DNA of 62,264 nucleotides from Escherichia coli (GTDB lineage Bacteria; Pseudomonadota; Gammaproteobacteria; Enterobacterales; Enterobacteriaceae): NCBI RefSeq assembly GCF_003334305.1, contig NZ_QOWS01000027.1; one strand, 5' to 3'. Shown piece by piece: positions 1 to 9,932 of this stretch (position 1 is its first letter; each line of letters starts with the position of its first letter). The notes under the pieces were generated by a model. It saw only the letters and a program-made list of their open reading frames with translations, ran no database searches and was not told where the DNA came from. The position numbers and the translations under genes were made by a program.

Positions 1-66
1 TATGATCCAGAAATAGTCTTCTTTGCAGACAAACTGGACGCTTACACAGATCAGCCAGAGTTTCGC

Positions 67-291
67 ATGATCGCTCCTGATGGCACTACGTTTGTTACTC
101 GTTTCTCCAGTGCCGAACTAAATTATGTGACACGCTGGATCCTTTATAACGGCGAGCAACAGGTAGCCGCCTTTGCATTACCTGCAACCTGTCGGCCTGA
201 GGGGTATCTTGCCGCGCAACGTAATGGAACGCTGATTCAGGTTGCACCGCAGCAAACGCGCACTTTTACAGTCACCACAGGAATTGAATAA
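67..291 (+). CDS. Short ORF of unknown function; may be the 3' end of a gene that begins before the window
   Basis: 74-aa ORF from the track, followed by a hairpin plus T-run at ~313-345; no family recognised. Confidence 0.25.
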   Translation: MIAPDGTTFVTRFSSAELNYVTRWILYNGEQQVAAFALPATCRPEGYLAAQRNGTLIQVAPQQTRTFTVTTGIE

Positions 292-312
292 CCACTCAAG
301 GCCTGAACAGCG

Positions 313-345
313 GCGCGCTTATCGTTAAGGTAAGCGCGTTTTTTT
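313..345 (+). terminator. Putative rho-independent terminator
   Basis: GC-rich inverted repeat gcgcgctta...taagcgcg followed by TTTTTTT. Confidence 0.5.
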
Positions 346-831
346 ACGCGCCAGAACAAGACTATGATAGCGTTGCCCTTATAGACGATCACATTATCGT
401 CCACTCCGACTTTGCGCAACTACAGTAGAGTGGTGTACTCCGCGGCTTTTTTGAGGATCTCAACTTCCATGTTTTTTTACCCAGCAAGAGCTGTAACTCT
501 TTTATTTTTTATAGCGGCAGCCAGTTCTGAGGCAGGAACAACATCCTCTCCGGCAGCAACAGCAGTGAGACTTCCTTCCTGGTATTGTTTTTTCCACTTA
601 AACAACAGACTGGGCTGAATACCATGCAAATGCACCACATGGGACACCGTCATGCCAGGCTCCGTTGTCTGCTGAGTAATGGCAATTTTTTTTCTGAGGA
701 GTTTTACGTTTACGAAGCTCCTGCCCCAGCAAAGTTCCAGTTATATCAAAATTAGAACTAGTGTTAGACATATATCCAAGCCTATCTCTTATTTTAAGAT
801 ACATCCACTGTCTGGCGTTTCAAGGGGCGGC

Positions 832-1209
832 TCAAGTTTTTTCAGACAGTTGAACTAGTATACCAATACATTCTTGTTCAGCATCAATGATACATGCTTG
901 GTATGTCGGAAAGAAAACAGATGCTTGTTTTACGATATATCCACAGTCATAATATTGATACCATTTCCAGCCTTTTTCCTGAATGTAGGAAATATGTAGA
1001 AAAAGTGGCAAGACTGATTCGTCTGAGTACCCCTGTTTTTTAGCATTTTTAATGCATAACAATTGCGAATTATATGCGTTATCTGATTGAGAAATAAGAT
1101 ATCCATTTTTCTCATGACAATACCACCTCCATTTATTGTCATCAGTTTTATAAAATTTCCATATTAATCTCTGATTGCCAGATATCTTATAAATCATAAT
1201 TTGCTCCAC
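832..1209 (-). CDS. Hypothetical protein (possibly DUF1508/YegP-like)
   Basis: 125-aa ORF in an AT-rich segment; KFYKTDDNKWRWY...NG motif loosely resembles YegP-type repeats; weak. Confidence 0.3.
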   Translation of the reverse strand: MEQIMIYKISGNQRLIWKFYKTDDNKWRWYCHEKNGYLISQSDNAYNSQLLCIKNAKKQGYSDESVLPLFLHISYIQEKGWKWYQYYDCGYIVKQASVFFPTYQACIIDAEQECIGILVQLSEKT

Positions 1210-1239
1210 TCCCCAGGGAAATGGCCCTGGGGAAGGTAA

Positions 1240-2604
1240 TCAGTGTTCTTTTATATATGCGGCTCTGTGACGTTCAAGTTCAATTGCACCACGATGTGAT
1301 AACCAGCAAAAAATGATGCAACAAATAATACCGCAGCCAAGAAGATAAAATCCGCCATGCCAGCCAATATGATCGACCATAATACCAAACAGGCTGGTGC
1401 CCAGAGATGCACCGAAGATATAGCTCATAAAACCACGTAAACCTACCGCGGAGCCAACAGCAAAGCTGGGCACGATCTCCATAGTCTGAACAGAAGCCAG
1501 AAATTGTGGAACGTAAATCAGACAACCAACAATGGCAGCAAAAATTGTCACCATAAACAGTGATTCACTTTTCCAGTAGCCAATCAGGCAAATGAAAATC
1601 AGCGCCATACAAATCATCGCCAATGGCATACGACGCCCTTTAAACAGTTTGTCTGACAACCAACCGGCAAGTAGCGTGGAAGGGATTGCGGCCCATTCAA
1701 AAAATAAAAACGCGACGCTCATTTGTTCTTTAGAAAAATGTTTCACCGTCAGCAGATAAATAGGCAACCAGCTAATCATCCCGAAGCGTACCATGTATAC
1801 AAATACGTCAACCAGTGAGACATACCAGGCATTTTTATTGCGTAATACATAAGTGCAGAAAATCTGAAAGGCACTCATGTTTTCTGGTGCTTTTACCGTC
1901 TGTCGGGTATTCAGGACGACTTTTTCTTCCGGCATCATCTCTTCCAGAGAGGGTAGACCTTCCTGACGTGGGGAACCTTTACCGAGAATCAGCACAATTA
2001 CCGCAAAAACGATGGCCACGCAGGCCGGAACGATATAGCTCGCACTTTGCCAGTGCTCGCTGCCGAGTAGGGCAAAAGCGGCACCAACAATGGGTGCAAC
2101 AATACCACCACCGACGTTATGAGAGATATTCCAGAAAGCACCAACCCGACCACGCTCCCGGCGAGGGAACCAGTTAGCAATAGTGATGAAAGAAGGACCA
2201 ACGCCCATTCCCTGGAAAAGACCATTCAGAATAACCAATACCGCAAAAATCCAGAATGCGGTGCTGAATCCCAGGCCAACGTTAACGATGGCACATAACA
2301 CCAGCCCACACGCCATAAAGACTTTCGGACTGGCTTTATCGGCAAGGCTACTCATCACTCCTTTGCTGATACCATAGGCGATAAGCATACAGCTACTCAG
2401 TACGCCAATTTGTGTGGCGCTGAGATCTAATTGCTCTTTAAGATAAGGCGTCGATAAGGTGAAATTATTACGCACGATATAGTATGCAAGATACCCCAGA
2501 AATACACTAAGTAACGCCTGCATACGATAGCGACGATATGTCACCTGAATTTTCTCCGCCGGAACACTATCCGCCGCTTGCCCCGTTTTAAATATTGATA
2601 ACAT
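1240..2604 (-). CDS. pgtP: MFS organophosphate:phosphate antiporter, PgtP-like (phosphoglycerate transporter family)
   Basis: 454-aa multi-TM protein with the UhpT/GlpT/PgtP-type N-terminus; ATG start at 2604; divergent from a binding-protein/sensor-kinase/regulator operon, as in Salmonella pgtP-pgtCBA. Confidence 0.65.
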   Translation of the reverse strand: MLSIFKTGQAADSVPAEKIQVTYRRYRMQALLSVFLGYLAYYIVRNNFTLSTPYLKEQLDLSATQIGVLSSCMLIAYGISKGVMSSLADKASPKVFMACGLVLCAIVNVGLGFSTAFWIFAVLVILNGLFQGMGVGPSFITIANWFPRRERGRVGAFWNISHNVGGGIVAPIVGAAFALLGSEHWQSASYIVPACVAIVFAVIVLILGKGSPRQEGLPSLEEMMPEEKVVLNTRQTVKAPENMSAFQIFCTYVLRNKNAWYVSLVDVFVYMVRFGMISWLPIYLLTVKHFSKEQMSVAFLFFEWAAIPSTLLAGWLSDKLFKGRRMPLAMICMALIFICLIGYWKSESLFMVTIFAAIVGCLIYVPQFLASVQTMEIVPSFAVGSAVGLRGFMSYIFGASLGTSLFGIMVDHIGWHGGFYLLGCGIICCIIFCWLSHRGAIELERHRAAYIKEH

Positions 2605-2912
2605 GTCTTCACCTGTATTTTATATTGATATGAACACCTGGAGTATTCTGACAATGAGAGTTATATAATTGAGATGAAACATCAAACTGAAAAAATGTGT
2701 CACAATTGACACAAATTAATAAAATCAAAGCATGTTTTTGACCCATTTTATTGATGCATAGACAGGGTAGATTTATGCTTTATCTGTTTTATTGTTAGCA
2801 TGTGCGGATATTAACAAATCTCATGCTGATTATCGGGTAATCACTGATTAATATATTAACGCTCTCTTTGAGCAGATGTGTTATCAGACGAAGTGTCTGA
2901 AACGGGTAATTT

Positions 2913-4220
2913 TTGTCTCAATGCGATTTTTGCGGTGTATTAATATTTATGACCTGGATCACAAACCGATTTTTTAGCTGGTGCGAAATCGGCATCAAAA
3001 CCATGATTCTTTTACTGTTGTTGATGGATACCGGGGCCGTCAGGGCTCAACGAAATGAACTGGTGATGGCCACCACATTCTCACCCGGAGCTACCGCGTG
3101 GATAATACAGCGCTGGCAAACAGAGCCTGAGTCGGTAATGATCCGTACGCTTAACCGCACCAGTGCCTCACTGGAACAGTTGCTTGATACGGCCAACGTA
3201 GAAAACGTCGATCTGATCCTGACCTCATCACCAATGCTGCTCCAGCACCTTCAGGAGCACCAGAAACTGGCCCCGTTTGATGATGCACCCGCAGAAAGCC
3301 AAAACCTGGTGCCGGAGTCGATCCGTGCAACCTCCGTTGCAGTAGCAATATCAGGTTTTGGTCTGCTCATTAATCGTCCTGCGCTTTCTGTAAAACACCT
3401 TCCTGCCCCTGCTGACTGGGACGATCTTGCTTTGCCGATCTATCAGGACGCTTTATTGATGAGTAGTCCGTCGCGTTCAGATACTAACCATTTAATGGTT
3501 GAGTCATTACTACAGCAAAAAGGCTGGGTGAAAGGATGGGAAACGTTGCTGACAAGTGCAGGAAACCTGGTGACAATCTCCTCCCGCAGTTTTGGCGTAG
3601 CCGATAAAATAAAAAGCGGACTCGGCGTTGCCGGCCCCGTTATCGATAACTATGCTAATTTACTGTTAAATGACCCCCATCTCTCTTTTACCTATTTCCC
3701 CCGGTCTGCGGTATCTCCCACCTACGTTGCAATTCTCAAGAAAAGCCCACACGCCGATGCAGCCCGTCGCTTTATTCACTACCTGTTAAGTCCGAAAGGA
3801 CAGCGTATTCTGGCCGATGCCAATACAGGAAAATATCCGGTGACACCACTTGCCGCAGACAATCCGCGGGCAACGCAACAACAGCTCCTGATGAATCAAC
3901 CCCCGCTGAATTATCACCTTATCCTGAAACGTCAGCGTCTGGTGCAGCGCTTGTTTGATACGGCAATTAGCTTTCGGTTAGCACAGCTAAAAGATGCCTG
4001 GCGAGCGCTGCACAGTACCGAGGCACGCCTGAAGAAACCATTACCAGAAATACGTGCACTGTTAACACAAGTGCCCGTTGCAGCGGCCAGCAGTGAAGAT
4101 CCCGTCTGGCTGGCACAGTTCGATAACAAAAGTTTTACCGAGCAGCAAATGATGAAATGGCAACTCTGGTTTCTGAATAACCAGCGCCTGGCGATAAAAA
4201 AACTGGAAGAGCTGAAATGA
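2913..4220 (+). CDS. pgtC: PgtC-like periplasmic regulatory/binding protein
   Basis: First gene of an operon with a sensor kinase and response regulator; hydrophobic signal-like N-terminus (true start may be an internal Met near 3003); 4-bp overlap with the next gene. Confidence 0.5.
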   Translation: MSQCDFCGVLIFMTWITNRFFSWCEIGIKTMILLLLLMDTGAVRAQRNELVMATTFSPGATAWIIQRWQTEPESVMIRTLNRTSASLEQLLDTANVENVDLILTSSPMLLQHLQEHQKLAPFDDAPAESQNLVPESIRATSVAVAISGFGLLINRPALSVKHLPAPADWDDLALPIYQDALLMSSPSRSDTNHLMVESLLQQKGWVKGWETLLTSAGNLVTISSRSFGVADKIKSGLGVAGPVIDNYANLLLNDPHLSFTYFPRSAVSPTYVAILKKSPHADAARRFIHYLLSPKGQRILADANTGKYPVTPLAADNPRATQQQLLMNQPPLNYHLILKRQRLVQRLFDTAISFRLAQLKDAWRALHSTEARLKKPLPEIRALLTQVPVAAASSEDPVWLAQFDNKSFTEQQMMKWQLWFLNNQRLAIKKLEELK

Positions 4221-6226
4221 AAAACATAACGCTGTGGCAGCGTTTAAGACAGGTCAGTATCAGTACCAGCTTACGTTGCGCATTTCTGATGGGGGCACTA
4301 CTGACCCTGATTGTCAGTAGTGTCAGTCTGTATTCATGGCACGAACAAAGCTCACAAATTCGTTACTCGCTGGATGAGTATTTTCCCCGTATTCACTCTG
4401 CTTTCCTTATTGAAGGGAACCTGAATCTGGTGGTAGACCAGCTAAATGAATTTTTGCAGGCTCCCAACACCACGGTGCGATTGCAACTTCGTACCCAGAT
4501 TATTCAGCATCTCGACACCATAGAACGGCTTAGTCGGGGACTGTCATCCCGGGAACGCCAACAACTGACGGTCATTTTGCGGGACAGTCGATCACTGTTA
4601 TCCGAGTTGGATCGTGCGCTTTACAACATGTTTTTACTACGGGAAAAGGTGAGTGAGCTATCAGCGCGGATTGACTGGTTACACGATGACTTTACTACCG
4701 AGCTTAATTCTTTAGTGCAGGATTTCACCTGGCAGCAGGGAACGCTGCTGGATCAAATCGCCTCCCGACAGGGCGATACGGCGCAATATCTGAAGCGATC
4801 TCGTGAAGTGCAAAATGAACAGCAGCAGGTTTATACCCTGGCACGCATTGAAAATCAGATTGTTGACGATCTGCGTGACAGACTCAATGAGCTCAAATCA
4901 GGACGTGATGACGACACACAGGTGGAAACTCATCTCCGTTATTTTGAAAATCTGAAAAAAACGGCAGATGAAAATATACGTATGCTGGATGACTGGCCTG
5001 GCACCATTACCCTGAGGCAGACTATCGATGAATTGCTGGATATGGGAATCGTAAAAAATAAAATGCCGGATACGATGCGTGAATATGTCGCCGCCCAAAA
5101 AGCCTTAGAGGATGCCAGTCGCACCAGGGAAGCGACACTGGGTCGCTTCAGAACGTTACTGGAAGCGCAGCTTGGCAGTACTCATCAACAAATGCAGATG
5201 TTTAATCAACGAATGGAACAAATTGTTCGCGTTAGCGGTGGGCTGATCCTAGTGGCGACAGCACTGGCGTTACTGCTGGCATGGGTATTCAACCATTATT
5301 TTATCCGCTCACGGTTGGTGAAACGCTTTACCCTACTGAATCAGGCCGTTGTGCAAATTGGTCTGGGAGGCACGGAAACGACTATTCCTGTTTATGGGAA
5401 TGATGAACTGGGGAGAATTGCAGGATTATTACGCCATACTCTCGGGCAGCTCAATGTGCAAAAACAGCAACTTGAACAAGAAATTACCGATCGAAAGGTG
5501 ATAGAAGCCGATCTGCGTGCCACCCAGGATGAACTGATTCAGACAGCAAAGTTGGCGGTAGTCGGGCAAACGATGACCACGCTGGCCCACGAGATCAATC
5601 AGCCGCTAAATGCACTGTCAATGTATCTGTTTACAGCCCGCAGGGCCATTGAACAGACCCAGAAAGAACAGGCCAGCATGATGCTTGGTAAAGCCGAAGG
5701 GGTGATTAGTCGTATTGACGCCATTATCCGTTCACTACGGCAGTTTACCCGGCGCGCCGAACTGGAAACATCACTCCATGCCGTTGATTTAGCACAGATG
5801 TTCAGTGCGGCCTGGGAACTTCTAGCCATGCGTCATCGCTCTCTGCAAGCTACGCTTGTTCTGCCGCAAGGTACAGCCACAGTTTCAGGCGATGAGGTCA
5901 GAACCCAGCAGGTACTGGTTAACGTACTGGCGAATGCGCTTGATGTTTGTGGGCAAGGCGCTGTCATTACCGTTAACTGGCAAATGCAGGGTAAAACGCT
6001 GAACGTATTCATTGGCGATAATGGCCCGGGCTGGCCTGAGGCATTGTTGCCTTCGTTATTGAAGCCGTTTACCACCAGTAAAGAAGTAGGACTGGGTATT
6101 GGTCTTTCAATTTGTGTGTCGTTGATGGAGCAAATGAAAGGGGAATTGCGGCTGGCATCAACGATGACCAGGAATGCCTGTGTGGTACTGCAATTCAGAC
6201 TAACGGATGTGGAAGATGCTAAGTAG
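4217..6226 (+). CDS. pgtB: Sensor histidine kinase, PgtB-like
   Basis: 669 aa; internal TM segment and a HisKA-like block (LAHEINQPLNAL) followed by an ATPase-like C-terminus; overlaps both neighbouring genes. Confidence 0.7.
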   Translation: MKNITLWQRLRQVSISTSLRCAFLMGALLTLIVSSVSLYSWHEQSSQIRYSLDEYFPRIHSAFLIEGNLNLVVDQLNEFLQAPNTTVRLQLRTQIIQHLDTIERLSRGLSSRERQQLTVILRDSRSLLSELDRALYNMFLLREKVSELSARIDWLHDDFTTELNSLVQDFTWQQGTLLDQIASRQGDTAQYLKRSREVQNEQQQVYTLARIENQIVDDLRDRLNELKSGRDDDTQVETHLRYFENLKKTADENIRMLDDWPGTITLRQTIDELLDMGIVKNKMPDTMREYVAAQKALEDASRTREATLGRFRTLLEAQLGSTHQQMQMFNQRMEQIVRVSGGLILVATALALLLAWVFNHYFIRSRLVKRFTLLNQAVVQIGLGGTETTIPVYGNDELGRIAGLLRHTLGQLNVQKQQLEQEITDRKVIEADLRATQDELIQTAKLAVVGQTMTTLAHEINQPLNALSMYLFTARRAIEQTQKEQASMMLGKAEGVISRIDAIIRSLRQFTRRAELETSLHAVDLAQMFSAAWELLAMRHRSLQATLVLPQGTATVSGDEVRTQQVLVNVLANALDVCGQGAVITVNWQMQGKTLNVFIGDNGPGWPEALLPSLLKPFTTSKEVGLGIGLSICVSLMEQMKGELRLASTMTRNACVVLQFRLTDVEDAK

Positions 6227-7463
6227 TGAATATTCGATTCTGCTGATTGATGATGATGCTGACGTGCTGGACGCCTACACACAGTTACTTGAACAGTCGG
6301 GCTATCGTGTTTTTGCCTGTAACAATCCTTTTGAGGCACAGGCGTGGATACAACCAGACTGGCCAGGCATTGTGCTAAGTGATGTGTGTATGCCTGGCTG
6401 CTCTGGTATCGATTTGATGATGTTATTCCACCAGGATGATCAACAGCTCCCCATTCTGCTTATCACCGGGCACGGCGATGTGCCAATGGCAGTTGATGCG
6501 GTGAAAAAAGGCGCGTGGGATTTTTTGCAAAAACCGGTCGATCCCGGCAAATTGCTTTCTCTGGTTGAAGAGGCACTACGCCAGCGTCAATCAATCATTG
6601 CGCGTCGTCAGTATTGCCAACAGACATTGCAGGTGGAGTTGATAGGGAGAAGTGAATGGATAAATCAGTATCGGCGACGTTTACAGCAGTTGTCTGAGAC
6701 AGATATTGCCGTCTGGCTCTACGGTGCCCCTGGCACAGGACGGATGACCGGTGCACGTTATCTGCACCAATTTGGACGTAATGCACAAGGCGAATTTGTC
6801 TACCGCGAGCTGACACCAGACAATGCACCACAGCTTAATGATTTCATTGCGCTGGCTCAGGGGGGAACATTAGTGCTCAGCCATCCTGAACACCTGACGC
6901 GTGAACAGCAGTACCATCTGGTTCAGTTACAAAGCCAGGAACACAGACCTTTTCGCCTGATTGGTATTGGAGACACCTCGCTGGTCGAGCTGGCCGCCAG
7001 CAACCATATCATCGCGGAGCTCTATTACTGCTTTGCAATGACACAAATCGCTTGCCTGCCATTAACTCAACGCCCCGACGATATTGAACCACTGTTTCGC
7101 CACTACCTTTGTAAGGCATGTCAACGGCTTAACCATCCTGTTCCGGAAGTGGGAAAAGAGATGCTCAAAGAGATGATGCGCCGCATGTGGCCAAATAATG
7201 TGCGAGAGCTGGCCAATGCAGCAGAACTGTTTACTGTAGGAATATTACCGCTGGCAGAAACAGCAAACCCGTTGATGCACGTCGGAACCCCGGCACCGCT
7301 TGACAGGCGAGTGGAGGACGCTGAGCGACAGATAATCACAGAGGCGCTTAATATCCATCAGGGGCGTATCAATGAGGTTGCTGAATATTTACAAATCCCG
7401 CGGAAAAAACTCTATCTCAGAATGAAAAAATACGGTCTTAGCAAGGAGCATTATAAAAATTAA
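6207..7463 (+). CDS. pgtA: NtrC-family response regulator, PgtA-like, with a degenerate AAA+ domain
   Basis: N-terminal receiver (LLIDDD...D), central AAA+-like region with divergent Walker A (GAPGTGRMTGA) and no GAFTGA, C-terminal HTH. Confidence 0.65.
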   Translation: MWKMLSSEYSILLIDDDADVLDAYTQLLEQSGYRVFACNNPFEAQAWIQPDWPGIVLSDVCMPGCSGIDLMMLFHQDDQQLPILLITGHGDVPMAVDAVKKGAWDFLQKPVDPGKLLSLVEEALRQRQSIIARRQYCQQTLQVELIGRSEWINQYRRRLQQLSETDIAVWLYGAPGTGRMTGARYLHQFGRNAQGEFVYRELTPDNAPQLNDFIALAQGGTLVLSHPEHLTREQQYHLVQLQSQEHRPFRLIGIGDTSLVELAASNHIIAELYYCFAMTQIACLPLTQRPDDIEPLFRHYLCKACQRLNHPVPEVGKEMLKEMMRRMWPNNVRELANAAELFTVGILPLAETANPLMHVGTPAPLDRRVEDAERQIITEALNIHQGRINEVAEYLQIPRKKLYLRMKKYGLSKEHYKN

Positions 7464-7666
7464 ATATCAGTCTATCCAGCACAGAAATTATGGAGCCCCC
7501 CAGTCTTGGTACCAGTCCCGGGTACTGCTGTAAGTTTCTGCACCGATTCAGTAAATTTCAGCAGGGATAAAATAGTGCAGATAATCGAAGCATTACTTCC
7601 AGAGTGGGGAACATCCAGAGTTTTGTTCACAAAGTGGTGGAGCACTGGCTACATCTGTTGATATTT

Positions 7667-7700
7667 CACTCCACTCTCCACTCTCCACTCTCCACTCTCC
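7667..7700. repeat. Tandem heptamer repeat (CCACTCT) x4 plus partial copies
   Basis: Direct reading: cactccactctccactctccactctccactctcc. Confidence 0.8.
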
Positions 7701-7807
7701 GCCCTCCATTCGACTATGAGACTACAATAACTCAGTTCGCCTGGCGCTGATTATTCTGGCCAGTTTTGTAACCGGAGTGTCATGTACATGATCCAACAGA
7801 AAATGGC

Positions 7808-8679
7808 GTGACGCTCAATACTTCTCAGGTCAGTTACTATATTACTCAGCGTAAGAAAGGTATAACCCAGCATATCTCGGCCATGAAAGCGGGTATCTCA
7901 GTCCGTTCTGGTCGTCGGATCGAAAAAGGCCAGAGGGCAAAAAATAGTGTTCGGCACTGGAGCACACGCAAAGATCCTCTGGAAGCAGTGTGGGACAGCA
8001 TGCTTGTTCCTCTGTTGAAAGAGAGGCCTGTTCTGACACCAACAACTCTGCTGGAGATGCTACAGGATAAATATCCCGGCCAGTATCCCAACAGCTTTCG
8101 AAGAACAATGCAACGGCGGGGGCGCGAATGGAAATTACAGTCTGGTGCAGAGCAGGAGGTCATGTTCCGCCAGTGGCATCAGCCCGGTCTGCGAGGCCTG
8201 TTGGACTTTACCAAACTGAAAGGTGTGGTGGTCACTATCGCCGGTAAGTTGTTGGTGCATATGTTGTATAACTTCCGTCTGGAATGGAGCCACTGGAGCT
8301 GAATGCGAGTTGTGCTGGCTGGTGAGAGCTTCTCTGCTCTGGCTGAAGGTCTGGCAGGAAGCCCTCGGACAACTGGGGGGAGTGCCGGCAGAACATAAAA
8401 CGGACAGCCTGAGGGCGGCATGGAAACAACAAGGCAAAAGATGGAGGCCGCGAGTTGACTGAGCGCTATGCTGCTCTCTGTCAGCACTACGGAATGCAGG
8501 GCGTACACGATAATGCCGGTTGGGGCCACGAAAATGGCTCGGTTAAAAGTGCCCACAGACATCTAAAAAGGCGTATCTGTCAGGCACTGATACTGCGGGG
8601 CAGTAACTCCTTCAGCACCATGGAAGAATATCAGGCCTTCATCACTCAGCAGGTTATGCGGCACAACCGTAAAAGCTGA
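7808..8679 (+). pseudogene. IS21-family IstA-like transposase remnant (frameshifted, 3'-truncated)
   Basis: Three consecutive ORFs in different frames (7808-8302, 8223-8462, 8455-8679) encode an N-terminal HTH, a DFxxxKG block and a GHENGSVKS block resembling the IstA DDE region; no istB follows. Confidence 0.55.
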
Positions 8680-9105
8680 ATATTAATTGGGGTCAGTTAT
8701 ATACATAACGTGCTTACCTGTATTATAAATTAATTTTAATGATTTTTATTTAATTTATTGATATAAGAATTTTTCTTAGTTTCTACAGCTAAAGAAAAGT
8801 CTATCTTTGATAGTATGAATTAATATTTTTAATTAATTTTAATAAATTGATATAAAACAACTTATTGTTTTTACGGTTTTTTTTAAAATTTGATTTTTAC
8901 AAAAAATGGTTTAATATTCTGAATTTTTCTCATTATGTAGATTTTATCTCTAATAAAAATAAAAAAAACACCATAAAAATCTTTATTATTTCTTATTGAT
9001 GAAATTATATGCTTTTTTTGTTTTTTTTGTGTTCCTGTTTTATGTGTAAAATGGAAAAAAAGAACTCTATTTATTTGTTTTCTTGCATGGGTGTGGGTGT
9101 AAGGG

Positions 9106-9381
9106 ATGTTATTACGTAATGGAATGGGATTGTTATCTAAGGATAGATATACCTCTCCAGGTAGTATGTCTATTGAACATTTCAGGTGCCTTGTTGAGAT
9201 CTCATCAATAAATAGTCAAAAAACCATTATGGCTATGGAAGATTACTTTGTTCATGGCAAGACCAGAAAAGAAGCATGTGAAAGGAACAATGTCGCACAG
9301 AGTTATTTTTCAATCAGTGTAAAAAAGTTTATTAAGATAAGTAATGCGGTTGCTCAGGCTTCCAAATTTTATAGAAGATAA
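9106..9381 (+). CDS. PapB/PixB-family fimbrial operon transcriptional regulator
   Basis: ~90-aa protein with the PapB-like block DYFVHGKTRKEACERNNVAQSYFS; first gene of the fimbrial operon; true start may be an internal Met. Confidence 0.6.
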   Translation: MLLRNGMGLLSKDRYTSPGSMSIEHFRCLVEISSINSQKTIMAMEDYFVHGKTRKEACERNNVAQSYFSISVKKFIKISNAVAQASKFYRR

Positions 9382-9425
9382 TTTTTAGTGGTAGAAAGTA
9401 GTCTAGTAATAGGAGTGTTATCTTT

Positions 9426-9932
9426 ATGTTAAAATCAACTTTGGGGATTGCTATTGCTTTTTCATTGTGTGCTGTTGCACATGCAGCCAATCAAGGGCAA
9501 GGTGTTGTTAATTTTAAAGGGACGGTAATTGATGCACCATGCGGTATTGATCCGGACTCAGCAGATCAGACTATTGACTTCGGTCAGATTTCTAAATCAC
9601 ATTTAGATGCTGATGGTATTTCTGTTAAGAAAGATTTAAATATCAAGCTAGTTAACTGTGAGCCAAATAAAAGTGTCAAAGTAACTTTTTCTGGAGCAAC
9701 GATTGCTAGTGCTGCAAATGAACTGGGGACGGCCGGTGATACTGGTACTGCGGTTGTGATTTCCGGTCAGGACGGTAAGCTAGTTTCTTTTGGTACTGAA
9801 GGTTCTGCTCAAAGTTTACAGGAAGGTGAAAATACGCTGCATTATTCTTCATGGGTAAAAAAAGCTACTGGTGGTACTGTAAAAGAAGGTGATTTTACTG
9901 CAGTTGCTAACTTTAATCTGAGTTATCAGTAA
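9426..9932 (+). CDS. Major fimbrial subunit (PapA/PixA-like pilin)
   Basis: 168 aa with signal peptide, conserved Cys pair and C-terminal beta-strand ending in Tyr (NFNLSYQ). Confidence 0.8.
   Translation: MLKSTLGIAIAFSLCAVAHAANQGQGVVNFKGTVIDAPCGIDPDSADQTIDFGQISKSHLDADGISVKKDLNIKLVNCEPNKSVKVTFSGATIASAANELGTAGDTGTAVVISGQDGKLVSFGTEGSAQSLQEGENTLHYSSWVKKATGGTVKEGDFTAVANFNLSYQ

Noticed and set aside
1815-2177. 120-aa plus-strand ORF inside pgtP
   Set aside because: Antisense to the transporter; Arg/His-rich translation typical of wrong-frame reading.
5833-6339. 168-aa minus-strand ORF spanning the pgtB/pgtA junction
   Set aside because: Antisense to the kinase and regulator genes; no support.
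7667-7700. Possible CRISPR array at the heptamer repeat
   Set aside because: Unit is only 7 bp with no spacers and no cas genes nearby; a simple tandem repeat, not CRISPR.
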